Positions 6,910 to 14,422 of a stretch of 41,626 nt of DNA are shown here, in pieces. Every line of letters starts with the position of its first letter. Position 1 is the first letter of the stretch. The stretch covers positions 1 through 41,626 of IMG/VR virus record IMGVR_UViG_3300046459_000234, one strand, 5' to 3'. Under the pieces are notes generated by a model that did not search any database, was not told the DNA's origin, and saw only the letters and a program-made list of their open reading frames with translations. Made by a program: the position numbers and the translations under genes. This DNA comes from a virus.

Positions 6910-9126
6910 TTACCGTTTCTGCTGCTCCTTGGACTCATTGAACTTGGCTGCGGTCGCCCACCGTTGCGTTTTGCCGGTGGCCTTCTCGATGAACTCGGCC
7001 TGTGTGAGGCGCCCGTGTTGGGCCCACCACTCCTTGAGTTCGTCGCTCGCGTTGGCGTACGCAATGCGGGCCGGTCCGCGGAACAGGCTTTGCGCGGACC
7101 AGCCGGCGGCCTGTCCCTTCTTGTTGAGCAAGTAGCCGTTGCAGTCGTCTTCCGCCTTGAGGAACTGGAGATACACGTACTCGTCGTACATCTCCCGTGC
7201 TTGGCGGCGGGTGATCCGGGGCTCGTCGTCGTGGTCGTCGTCCGGCGCGGTGCCGGCCTGGTCGTCGCCGGCCATGGCGGCCCATACGGCGTCGTCGGCG
7301 AGGGCGCCCCATCCGTCCGGGTTCTCTGCGGGGGCGAGGGCGTCGGCGAGGGCGTTCGTGTCGGCGAGCAGGTCCTCGACGGCGTCGCCGGTGTTCGCCG
7401 GCTGCGGCATGTCGACGGCGTCGCGTCGGTCCATCTCGGCGGCGATCCTGAGCAGTTCCTCGCTGGTGGCGTACTGCATGCACCATGCGAGTTCGTCGTC
7501 GCCCACGTCGGCGAGGTCGCCGAGCAGCTGCCCGCCGGGGAACAGGCGGGCGAGCAGGTCGCGGCGGGCGGCCTCGGCGGCGATCAGGGCGAGGGTGTCC
7601 GGATCGGCGCCGCGGGCCCGCGCGGCGAGGTCGTGGTCGGACAGGCCGACCAGGTCGGGCGACACCCCCGGCAGACGGCCGGCGAGGTCGCGCCGGTCCA
7701 TCTCCGCAACGACGCGCAGCGTGTCGGCGTCGTCGAGGTGGGGGAACGTCTTCGCGAGTTCCTGGTCGCCGAACTGGGTCAAGTCCTCGGCGAGGGTGCC
7801 GCCGGGGCGGATGCGGGCGAGCAGGTCGTCGAGGTCGCGGCGGTCGGCCTCGGCCTCGATCCGGGCGCGGGCCTGGTCGTCGAGCAGGTTCGAGCGCATG
7901 GCGGCGGCGAGGTCGTCGTCGCTCATCTCCCGTACGGCGCGGTCGTCACCCGACCACACGCGCGCGGCCTCGACCTGCTCGGGCGTCGCCTCGGTGCGCT
8001 TCTTGGGGAGGTTCGAGGCGCCCGGTTGCTCGCGCTTGGGGTTGCGCCGTAGGTCGGGGTGGGCGGCGAGGTGGTCGCGCATGGCGCCTTGCCACTGCCT
8101 GACCTTGAGCCGTGCGGCACGCTGCGCCTCGGGCGTGACGGCGGCGGCCTCGCGCTTCTTGTGCTTCCTGATGTTCCGCTCGATCGCCCGCTGTTTCTGG
8201 CCGGCCTCGTACCCGGCGGGGTCGCTGGTGGCCTTCTCCACGGTCGTGAGGCCGGGCGTGTACGCGCTCACGGAGTGCCGGCAGTTGGGATGCTGGAACC
8301 CTGCGAGGCGTGCCTCGTCGAGGGTGCCGGCGACCCGTACGGGGATCATGCGGCCGTCCTCGATCGCGTGCTCGACCTCGACCGTGCGCTCGCCCGTCGG
8401 GCCGTCGATGGCCAGTACGCGGCCCTCCCACGGCCGGCAGAGGGGGCACTCGCGCGGTGCGTCGGACACGATGACCAGGTCGATACCGGCGTCGGACAGG
8501 GTCCGCGTGTGCGCCTCTGTCGCCGCTCGGGCGACGGACGTACGTACGGCCATTTCCGCGTAAGAGGTGAGCTGCCATCGGCGGCCGGCCTTGTCGACGA
8601 ACGCGCGTATGCCCTGGTCGGCGAAACGTCGCATGGCGTCTTGCGTGGCCTGCCGGCGCGTGCCGGTGCCGAGTAGGGGCGTTGCGGTGACCTCGGCGAC
8701 GATCGCCCGGAACCCGTCGACCACTGCGCGCAGAATCGAGCGGTGGGTCGAGGTGACCACGTCGACGGTTTCCTGTGCGAGGCGGTCGAGGGCCTGGGCG
8801 TTCGGGGTCACGTCGTCGACCAGGGCGCGGGCGTCGTCGGACAGGGCGCCCAGTTCGGCGACCGCGGCGCGGTGTCCGACGTTGTACGCCTCGGCGACCA
8901 CGTCGAACACTTCGAGGCTCACGGCCTTGCCCAGTTCCTCGACGACGCCCTGTGAGGCGCGGCGTAGCTGCTGGACGGCGGCGAGCTTGCGCTCGGCCCA
9001 CCCTGGGGCGTCGAGGCCGGCGGCGAGCTGTCGGGCGATGATGCCGAGTAGGCGTTCCTCGGCCCCGGCGTACAGGTCGCGCGTGCCGGCCGCGAGGTCT
9101 TCGACCATGCCCGGATGAATCGGCAT
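6910..9126 (-). CDS. MuF-like head morphogenesis protein with roughly 430-aa C-terminal extension
   Basis: The N-terminal roughly 300 aa end in the MuF signature ..GFQHPNCRHSVSAYTPGLT... Then come roughly 45-aa helical repeats ending in AEMDRRD / AEAARRD, an acidic linker (DDDHDDE) and a terminal roughly 100-aa domain. Confidence 0.85.
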   Translation of the reverse strand: MPIHPGMVEDLAAGTRDLYAGAEERLLGIIARQLAAGLDAPGWAERKLAAVQQLRRASQGVVEELGKAVSLEVFDVVAEAYNVGHRAAVAELGALSDDARALVDDVTPNAQALDRLAQETVDVVTSTHRSILRAVVDGFRAIVAEVTATPLLGTGTRRQATQDAMRRFADQGIRAFVDKAGRRWQLTSYAEMAVRTSVARAATEAHTRTLSDAGIDLVIVSDAPRECPLCRPWEGRVLAIDGPTGERTVEVEHAIEDGRMIPVRVAGTLDEARLAGFQHPNCRHSVSAYTPGLTTVEKATSDPAGYEAGQKQRAIERNIRKHKKREAAAVTPEAQRAARLKVRQWQGAMRDHLAAHPDLRRNPKREQPGASNLPKKRTEATPEQVEAARVWSGDDRAVREMSDDDLAAAMRSNLLDDQARARIEAEADRRDLDDLLARIRPGGTLAEDLTQFGDQELAKTFPHLDDADTLRVVAEMDRRDLAGRLPGVSPDLVGLSDHDLAARARGADPDTLALIAAEAARRDLLARLFPGGQLLGDLADVGDDELAWCMQYATSEELLRIAAEMDRRDAVDMPQPANTGDAVEDLLADTNALADALAPAENPDGWGALADDAVWAAMAGDDQAGTAPDDDHDDEPRITRRQAREMYDEYVYLQFLKAEDDCNGYLLNKKGQAAGWSAQSLFRGPARIAYANASDELKEWWAQHGRLTQAEFIEKATGKTQRWATAAKFNESKEQQKR

Positions 9127-9146
9127 CGGTCACCCCCCGTCGGTCG

Positions 9147-10634
9147 TCACGCGGCCATGGGGAAGTTCCCGACGGGGTCCGGCGCGGCTGCTCCGGTCTC
9201 GGCGAGGATCGCCGCGACCTCGGCCTTTACCGCGGTGTCGTCCCACGTCGGGTTGAGGATCTTCACCTTCGTTGCGGTCGACACTGCCCCCGCGCGGGCG
9301 AGCAGGTCGAGCGTTGTCGCGGTCGCCTGCTCGCTCTCGGCGACGCCGTCGCCGAACTCGACGCGCGGGCGCTCGGGCGTGATGCGGCTTCCGAACAGGC
9401 TCGCGTCGAGCAGCAACATGACGTGGCACATGTCGGCCACGCCGTGTTTCCAGTAACCGGCCTTCTTCCGGCGGGTCACCATGCTGCGTTGGTCGCGGCT
9501 GTCGACCTCGGTCGCGGTGACGGCCTGTCCGTCGCCGTCGAGGCCGAACGACTGGGGCGAGTATCCGGCGGCCTGGGCGGCCTGTCGCATGGTCGCTTCG
9601 GCCGTGGCGCGGTGCTCCTCGACCCTGATGTCGAACTGATTCAACGTGATGCCGGCGCCCTCGTTGGGCGGCATGCGCAAGCTGTGCCAGACCTCGCGGT
9701 CGTCGTCGAACGACGCTCCGCGGCCGGGGCCCTCGTTGCGCATGTACCCGTCCGGGACGATCAGGCGGGCGCGGGCGAGGCGGATGTCGCGCATCCAACT
9801 TGTCCACGTCTCGTCGAGGGCGTCGAACAGGTCGTAGATCGGCGCCGCGTAGTCGCTGCGCCCGATCGGGCTCCCACGGTGCAGCCGGTTGGGCAGCATG
9901 TTGGGCACGTAGGCCGCGGTGAGTTCGCGGATACCGGTCGCGATGCTGTCGCCGTCGCCGTCGCCGTCGAGGGAGTCGACCAGGTCGGCCGTGTCGGGGT
10001 GCTCGGTGAGCGGTACCCGGCGGCCGACGTTGTCGCCGGTCCCCTCGTACAGCGCGTGGACGATGCGGCCGGACTCGTGCCGCTCGAAATGGCGCCATAC
10101 GGTCGACTGTGTCGAGCCGTCCAGCTCGCGCCAGAACGACACTGCGCGCAGCATGCCGAATCGCCACTCGGGTACGGCCCCGTCGGGCTGCATCACGGTG
10201 AGTAGGGGGCGCGGTACTAGGTCGCGGTCCCACGTCACACGGAGGAACACGCCAGACAGGGCGGCGGCCTGCTCGGCGGCGCCGAGGAACGTCTGTTGCG
10301 CGCGGCCGTCGTCGAGCAGCTGGTCGAGGCGGTCCTGTGTGGCCGTGTCCTCGACCTTGATCGTCGGCATGTCCGCGAACAGCAGGTCGGCGGACGTGCT
10401 CGCGATGTCGCCGGCAAGGGGGACGTGTAGGCGGTGGTCGCGCCGGTCGGGGCGGGCGTCGAGCGACTTCCGTCCCCACAGGCGGCGGCGCTCCGCGGGG
10501 CGGGCGTGGTTGCCGTACGCGCGGGCGAGTCGCTTCCGGTCGCCGCTGTACCACGCGTCGTCAATGCGCATCGCGTCGTAGTGCGATGCCCACGCCGGCG
10601 GCGGCCACGCTGCGCCGTTGTCAGGGAGTGCCAT
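9147..10634 (-). CDS. Portal protein
   Basis: 495 aa, located between TerL and MuF, with SD GAAGGGGG. Size and position fit an SPP1 gp6-like portal. Confidence 0.85.
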   Translation of the reverse strand: MALPDNGAAWPPPAWASHYDAMRIDDAWYSGDRKRLARAYGNHARPAERRRLWGRKSLDARPDRRDHRLHVPLAGDIASTSADLLFADMPTIKVEDTATQDRLDQLLDDGRAQQTFLGAAEQAAALSGVFLRVTWDRDLVPRPLLTVMQPDGAVPEWRFGMLRAVSFWRELDGSTQSTVWRHFERHESGRIVHALYEGTGDNVGRRVPLTEHPDTADLVDSLDGDGDGDSIATGIRELTAAYVPNMLPNRLHRGSPIGRSDYAAPIYDLFDALDETWTSWMRDIRLARARLIVPDGYMRNEGPGRGASFDDDREVWHSLRMPPNEGAGITLNQFDIRVEEHRATAEATMRQAAQAAGYSPQSFGLDGDGQAVTATEVDSRDQRSMVTRRKKAGYWKHGVADMCHVMLLLDASLFGSRITPERPRVEFGDGVAESEQATATTLDLLARAGAVSTATKVKILNPTWDDTAVKAEVAAILAETGAAAPDPVGNFPMAA

Positions 10635-10806
10635 CGTCGCCCCCTTCGTCGGTGCTTGCCTCGATCTTGGCGGCGACCTCGCGGAAGAACTCGGCGAGGA
10701 CGGGGCGCAGCTGGTCGCCCGGATCGAGGGTGATCTCGCCGGCCTCGACGGTGTGATCGCCGACGGTGAGGGATACGGGCAGGGTGAGCGGTGGCATTGC
10801 GGCCAT
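10621..10806 (-). CDS. Hypothetical small acidic protein
   Basis: 61 aa located between TerL and portal. It overlaps the portal start by 14 nt. Confidence 0.5.
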   Translation of the reverse strand: MAAMPPLTLPVSLTVGDHTVEAGEITLDPGDQLRPVLAEFFREVAAKIEASTDEGGDDGTP

Positions 10807-10818
10807 GGCGGCGGCTCC

Positions 10819-12051
10819 TTACGCGGCGAGGGTGAGCAGGTGCCGCCACTCGTGGGCGGTCGAGTGGATCACGTACCGCAGTGCGTCGCAGCTGTGGTCG
10901 TCCTTCTTCACGGGCTTGTCCTCGCCCTTGTCGGCGGCGGACTCGTCCCACACGTAACCGGGCAGTTCGTTGAGCAGCCCCTCGCACGATCGGTGTATGC
11001 GGAGCAGGCCGGCGCCGAGCAGGCTCGCCACGGACCGGATTCCGTCCACGACCTCGTTCGAGGCGCGGGCGACTCCGGGGTACGAGTCGGCCCACAACTG
11101 CGTGATGAACGACGCCGCGCTCGGGTCGATGAACGTCCACTCGGGGGCGACGCCCTGCTCGGCAACCCACTTGCGCAGTGCTGCGCTGTACTGGGCGTCG
11201 GTCATCTGGCGGTGTGCGGTGCGGGAGTCGTGGCGCCACTCGGCGCACGCGTACAGCCGGCCGTCGACGCCCTCGCCGAGCAGGATCGCCGACGTGGCGT
11301 TCACGGTGCCGTAGTCGAGGCCGATCCAGTGCCGGCTCATCTCGGGCAGTTCGTCGACGACGTGCGTCGCCTCGTCGTACATGTCGTAGATGGCGCCCTC
11401 GGCCTGCACCCACAGGCCGAGTACGTTCCGCTTGTAGAACAGGCCGGTGTGCGTGGACTTGATCCGGGCTTTGTACTCCTCGTCGAGGCCGGGATTGTCG
11501 TCCAACTGGAAGTGCCACGACTTGAGTCGGGCCTCGGTGGGCCTGAGCAGGTAGTCGCGGCGTAGCCAGTGGTTCGGGTTGTCGGGGTTGGTCGTGGCGA
11601 GGATTTTCGACCCTGGCACGCTGCAACGCGCGGTGAGCTGGTCAAAGAACGACTTGGGGAGCGTCGTCGCCTCGTCGACGTAGGCGCCCGCGCACGTCAA
11701 GCCTCGTACCTTCGGCTCGGCCTGGGCGTCGTTGGCGCCGAGGGCGTGCACGGTGCGGCCGAGGACGTGCGCGGTCGGGGCGCCGCTGGTGTAGTGGATA
11801 TCCTGCGCGACCTCGCCGAACACGTCCGGGTTCATGAGCGGCCCGAAGACGTTCCGCGCGAGGCTGTCGCGGGTGCGCCCGACCATGACCAACTCGCCGC
11901 CCTTGGGCGGGTCGGCGACGTACCCCAACCACGCAATGAGGCTGGCGATCGTCTTCCCGCTACGAACCGACCCTTCCCACAGATTCAGGAAGGCGGCGGC
12001 CTCGACGATCGAATCGACCTGCTTCGGGGACAGGGCAAGTTCACTGCTCAT
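10819..12051 (-). CDS. terL: Terminase large subunit
   Basis: Walker A motif WEGSVRSGKT, ..LTCAGAYVDEAT.. (Walker B-like), and a C-terminal nuclease region ..KKDDHSCDALRYV... Confidence 0.9.
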   Translation of the reverse strand: MSSELALSPKQVDSIVEAAAFLNLWEGSVRSGKTIASLIAWLGYVADPPKGGELVMVGRTRDSLARNVFGPLMNPDVFGEVAQDIHYTSGAPTAHVLGRTVHALGANDAQAEPKVRGLTCAGAYVDEATTLPKSFFDQLTARCSVPGSKILATTNPDNPNHWLRRDYLLRPTEARLKSWHFQLDDNPGLDEEYKARIKSTHTGLFYKRNVLGLWVQAEGAIYDMYDEATHVVDELPEMSRHWIGLDYGTVNATSAILLGEGVDGRLYACAEWRHDSRTAHRQMTDAQYSAALRKWVAEQGVAPEWTFIDPSAASFITQLWADSYPGVARASNEVVDGIRSVASLLGAGLLRIHRSCEGLLNELPGYVWDESAADKGEDKPVKKDDHSCDALRYVIHSTAHEWRHLLTLAA

Positions 12052-12568
12052 CGTCGCCGCCCGGTGCGTGGCCGTGGCGCTCGGCGTAGTTCCGGGCGAG
12101 GCCGTCCATAAGGCGACCGATCACGGAACGGGACTGCTCGCCGGCTTCCTCGCGCGGGGGTGCGAGCTTGAGCGACCGGTCGAGGGCGGCGCCGGCGGTG
12201 GCCATCATGGTGCGCCGGTCCGCGGGTATCGGCTCGTCCTGCCACTTCTGGGCGTAGGTGTGATCCTTCCCGCCCCACTCGAAATACAGGGTGCGCGCGG
12301 TCATGCGCGAGAGTTCGCGCTCGGCGATGTCGTGCAACGTGATCGCAAGTTCGGCGCGGCGCGCGGCGAGGTCTGCGCGGCGTACCTGGGTGGCGACGGC
12401 GACCTCGGCGGCGCGGTCGAACGACAGAGGGGGGTCGAACGATGCGGCGATCTTGGAAACGGTCGAGGGCGACCTCTTGATCGCCCTCGCGATGTCGTTC
12501 CGGGACTTGCCCGCGGCGTGCAGCTTCCGGACCTGCTCGCGGTCGTGGTCGTCGATGGGGCGGCCCAC
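12041..12568 (-). CDS. terS: Terminase small subunit (HTH)
   Basis: N-terminal HTH (KSRNDIARAIKRSPSTVSKI). The gene overlaps the TerL start by 11 nt. GTG follows GAGGGGG. Confidence 0.7.
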   Translation of the reverse strand: MGRPIDDHDREQVRKLHAAGKSRNDIARAIKRSPSTVSKIAASFDPPLSFDRAAEVAVATQVRRADLAARRAELAITLHDIAERELSRMTARTLYFEWGGKDHTYAQKWQDEPIPADRRTMMATAGAALDRSLKLAPPREEAGEQSRSVIGRLMDGLARNYAERHGHAPGGDDEQ

Positions 12569-12590
12569 GGCTCACCCCCTCGGCGCGGTG

Positions 12591-12803
12591 CTACTGCTGG
12601 CGAGCAAGGGCGGCGTTCGCCCAGAACATCGCCTCTTCGATCTTGGTCACGGCGAGGGCCTGCTCGCGGCCGGCGGGGCACAGCTGGTCGACCAGTTCGG
12701 CGAGGCCGTGGCACGCGGCGCGCACGGTCGCGTGGGCGTCGCGCTTCTCGTCGGTGGTCGCGGGGTGGAAGTTGAACCGGTGGGCGAGGTCATCGGGCGT
12801 CAT
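12591..12803 (-). CDS. Small helical-hairpin protein, Acb2/Tad1-hairpin-like (candidate nucleotide sponge)
   Basis: 70 aa: MTPDDLAHRFNFHPATTDEKRDAHATVRAACHGLAELVDQLCPAGREQALAVTKIEEAMFWANAALARQQ. It reads as two long helices joined by P-x-GRE. The tail LAVTKIEEAMFWANAALA matches a family I recall as the Acb2/Tad1 hairpin. Confidence 0.65.
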   Translation of the reverse strand: MTPDDLAHRFNFHPATTDEKRDAHATVRAACHGLAELVDQLCPAGREQALAVTKIEEAMFWANAALARQQ

Positions 12804-12836
12804 GGGCGGGGGCCTCTCGTCGGGGTCTGGACAGGC

Positions 12837-12873
12837 GAACGCCCCGTCGCTCGGGGGCAGCGACGGGGCGTTC
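12837..12873 (-). terminator. Perfect 15-bp hairpin 33 nt upstream of the first late gene
   Basis: gaacgccccgtcgct-cgggggc-agcgacggggcgttc. No U-tract follows the stem. Confidence 0.6.
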
Positions 12874-12914
12874 GGGAAGGGCGTCCGTTTCCGGGCACGC
12901 CGAAGACAGCGCCA

Positions 12915-12944
12915 ACTTTAGGTCACGAATGGATAACGGCGCAA
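12915..12944 (-). promoter_or_regulatory. Candidate sigma70-type promoter for late transcription
   Basis: The minus strand reads TTGCGC (12944-12939), an 18-nt spacer, then TAAAGT (12920-12915). It lies in a locally AT-richer patch upstream of the 15-bp hairpin. Confidence 0.35.
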
Positions 12945-13063
12945 GCGGGAACGATCACGCGCGCGCGGGCCGGGCCGCGACCGGTCGGCGCGGCTGCTGA
13001 CGGCGGCGCCCCACCTGCCGACGATCCGGCGGGCGGGGCGCGCTGCTGCTGCTCGCGCGTCGG

Positions 13064-13468
13064 CTACGGGCGGACGGGCGGGCGGCCGGTCTGCTGACGC
13101 TGCGGCGGCCTGCTCGGCCACTGCTGCCGACGGGCGTCATCAGTGCTGGTCTGCCTGCTGCTCGGCGTCCACGTAGGGCCCTCGTACGTGACTGTCGGGA
13201 GGACAGGCGGGCCGACAACGGGCGGCGCCTCGACGAACTTGTACGCCTTGAGCGTCGGCGCGGTGCCGACGGGCGTCGACCCGTGGTGCCACGCGGTCCG
13301 GTACATGTCGGCAACGATGCCGACGGCCGTCCGCATGGCGGTGGTCAGATCGTCGCCCGTCTGCATGAGAACGGCGAGGTCTCGCGCGAACTGCTCGTCG
13401 AGGCGAACAGTCGGCCGGGTGCCGGCGATCGGCCGGGCGCGCCGCTGAGTAGGCTTGTTCGTAGTCAT
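13064..13468 (-). CDS. Hypothetical protein, possible ribbon-helix-helix DNA binder
   Basis: ATG at 13468 follows GGGAGCAACCCCCACC. The segment ..RPTVRLDEQFARDLAVLMQTGDDLTTAMRTAV.. looks like an RHH strand-helix-helix. The Arg-rich upstream part of the track ORF was trimmed. Confidence 0.55.
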   Translation of the reverse strand: MTTNKPTQRRARPIAGTRPTVRLDEQFARDLAVLMQTGDDLTTAMRTAVGIVADMYRTAWHHGSTPVGTAPTLKAYKFVEAPPVVGPPVLPTVTYEGPTWTPSSRQTSTDDARRQQWPSRPPQRQQTGRPPVRP

Positions 13469-13550
13469 GGTGGGGGTTGCTCCCATCGTGATGAGTCGGG
13501 CCCGTTCGCCATGTGGAGTGGCGGGCGGGCCCGCGTGATTGTCGGGGGTC

Positions 13551-14366
13551 TTACTCGGCCGGCTCGTGCTCGGCGTCGCCGCGGGCGTCGAGCAGGTTGT
13601 CGCCGTCGCCGGCGCGCCACACGGCCACGCGCACGCGCTTGGTCGCGAGGTCGTCGTCGAGGCGTTCGTCGAGGATGCGGCGGGCGACTTCCTCGGCCGT
13701 CTCGCCGGCGCTCTCCTCGGTCCCGCCGGTGACGCGCTCCCACGGCTCGTCGTCACTGTCGGATGTCCAGCCGGCCGGCATGACGTACAGGGCCCATGCG
13801 GCTTCCCACGGGTAGTCGCGCAACATCCGGTAGACGTAGGACGGCGTGAGATCGAGTTCCGCGGCGATCTCCTTCGCCGTCCACCCGTCGACCCTGGCAT
13901 CGACCACAACGCCCGACATGCTCGCCTCAAGGGCCTTCGCCACGCGACGGATGACGCCGGCCTCGGCGATCGGCAGGGACGAACCGACCTGCTCGGCGAG
14001 GTCGTGGCGCTCCGCGGTGCTCCTCGCCGCGTGGAATCCCTCGGCGAGCATGTCGAGGGCGGTCCCCTCGGCGGCCTCCCACTGGCGACGATCGGCCTCG
14101 CGCTGCTCCTCGTACTCCTCGATCAGGTTGAACAGCTGGTCGCGCAGCTTGGCCGCGGGCGACTCGTTCGCGTCGCGGCGTTGGCGTTCGAGCATGCGGC
14201 GGTTGTGGATACGCGTTGCCTCGGCGCCGCCGAGGGCGGCGACCATGCCCTCGATCGATGCCTGTTGGCCGGCCGGGTGCGTGGGGAACTTGCTCGCGTC
14301 CGCTCGGGTGTAGTGCTCGACGGTGGGCTCGTCGCCCTGCTCGTCGGGCTGCTCGGTGGCGTCCAT
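13551..14366 (-). CDS. HTH DNA-binding protein (candidate late-gene regulator)
   Basis: 271 aa. HTH ..GWTAKEIAAELDLTPSYVYRMLRD.. with acidic termini. It is the penultimate gene before the late region. Confidence 0.7.
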   Translation of the reverse strand: MDATEQPDEQGDEPTVEHYTRADASKFPTHPAGQQASIEGMVAALGGAEATRIHNRRMLERQRRDANESPAAKLRDQLFNLIEEYEEQREADRRQWEAAEGTALDMLAEGFHAARSTAERHDLAEQVGSSLPIAEAGVIRRVAKALEASMSGVVVDARVDGWTAKEIAAELDLTPSYVYRMLRDYPWEAAWALYVMPAGWTSDSDDEPWERVTGGTEESAGETAEEVARRILDERLDDDLATKRVRVAVWRAGDGDNLLDARGDAEHEPAE

Positions 14367-14389
14367 GCTGCTCCTGTCGGTCGGTACGG

Positions 14390-14415
14390 GGCCCGCCCTC
14401 GGTCGAGGGCGGGCC
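14390..14415 (-). terminator. GC hairpin after the 431-aa gene
   Basis: ggcccgccctcg-gt-cgagggcgggcc, perfect 12-nt arms. Confidence 0.5.
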
Positions 14416-14422
14416 GGGATGG

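Noticed and set aside
5804-8563. Long plus-strand ORFs 5804-7135 and 7139-8563 (443 and 474 aa)
   Set aside because: These are high-GC antisense artefacts opposite the scaffold and MuF genes. Their translations are Gly/Ala/Arg/Val- or Ser/Arg/Ala-rich with no motifs, while the minus frames carry MuF and scaffold signatures.
13455-13468. Recurrent (C)AGGAG-N5-7-CCCC-start context (13468, 15718, 18726, 22246, 33872, 34938, 6622) as a possible regulatory motif
   Set aside because: The simplest explanation is a Shine-Dalgarno sequence plus preferred C-rich spacer. It is useful for start calling but is not evidence of a separate element.
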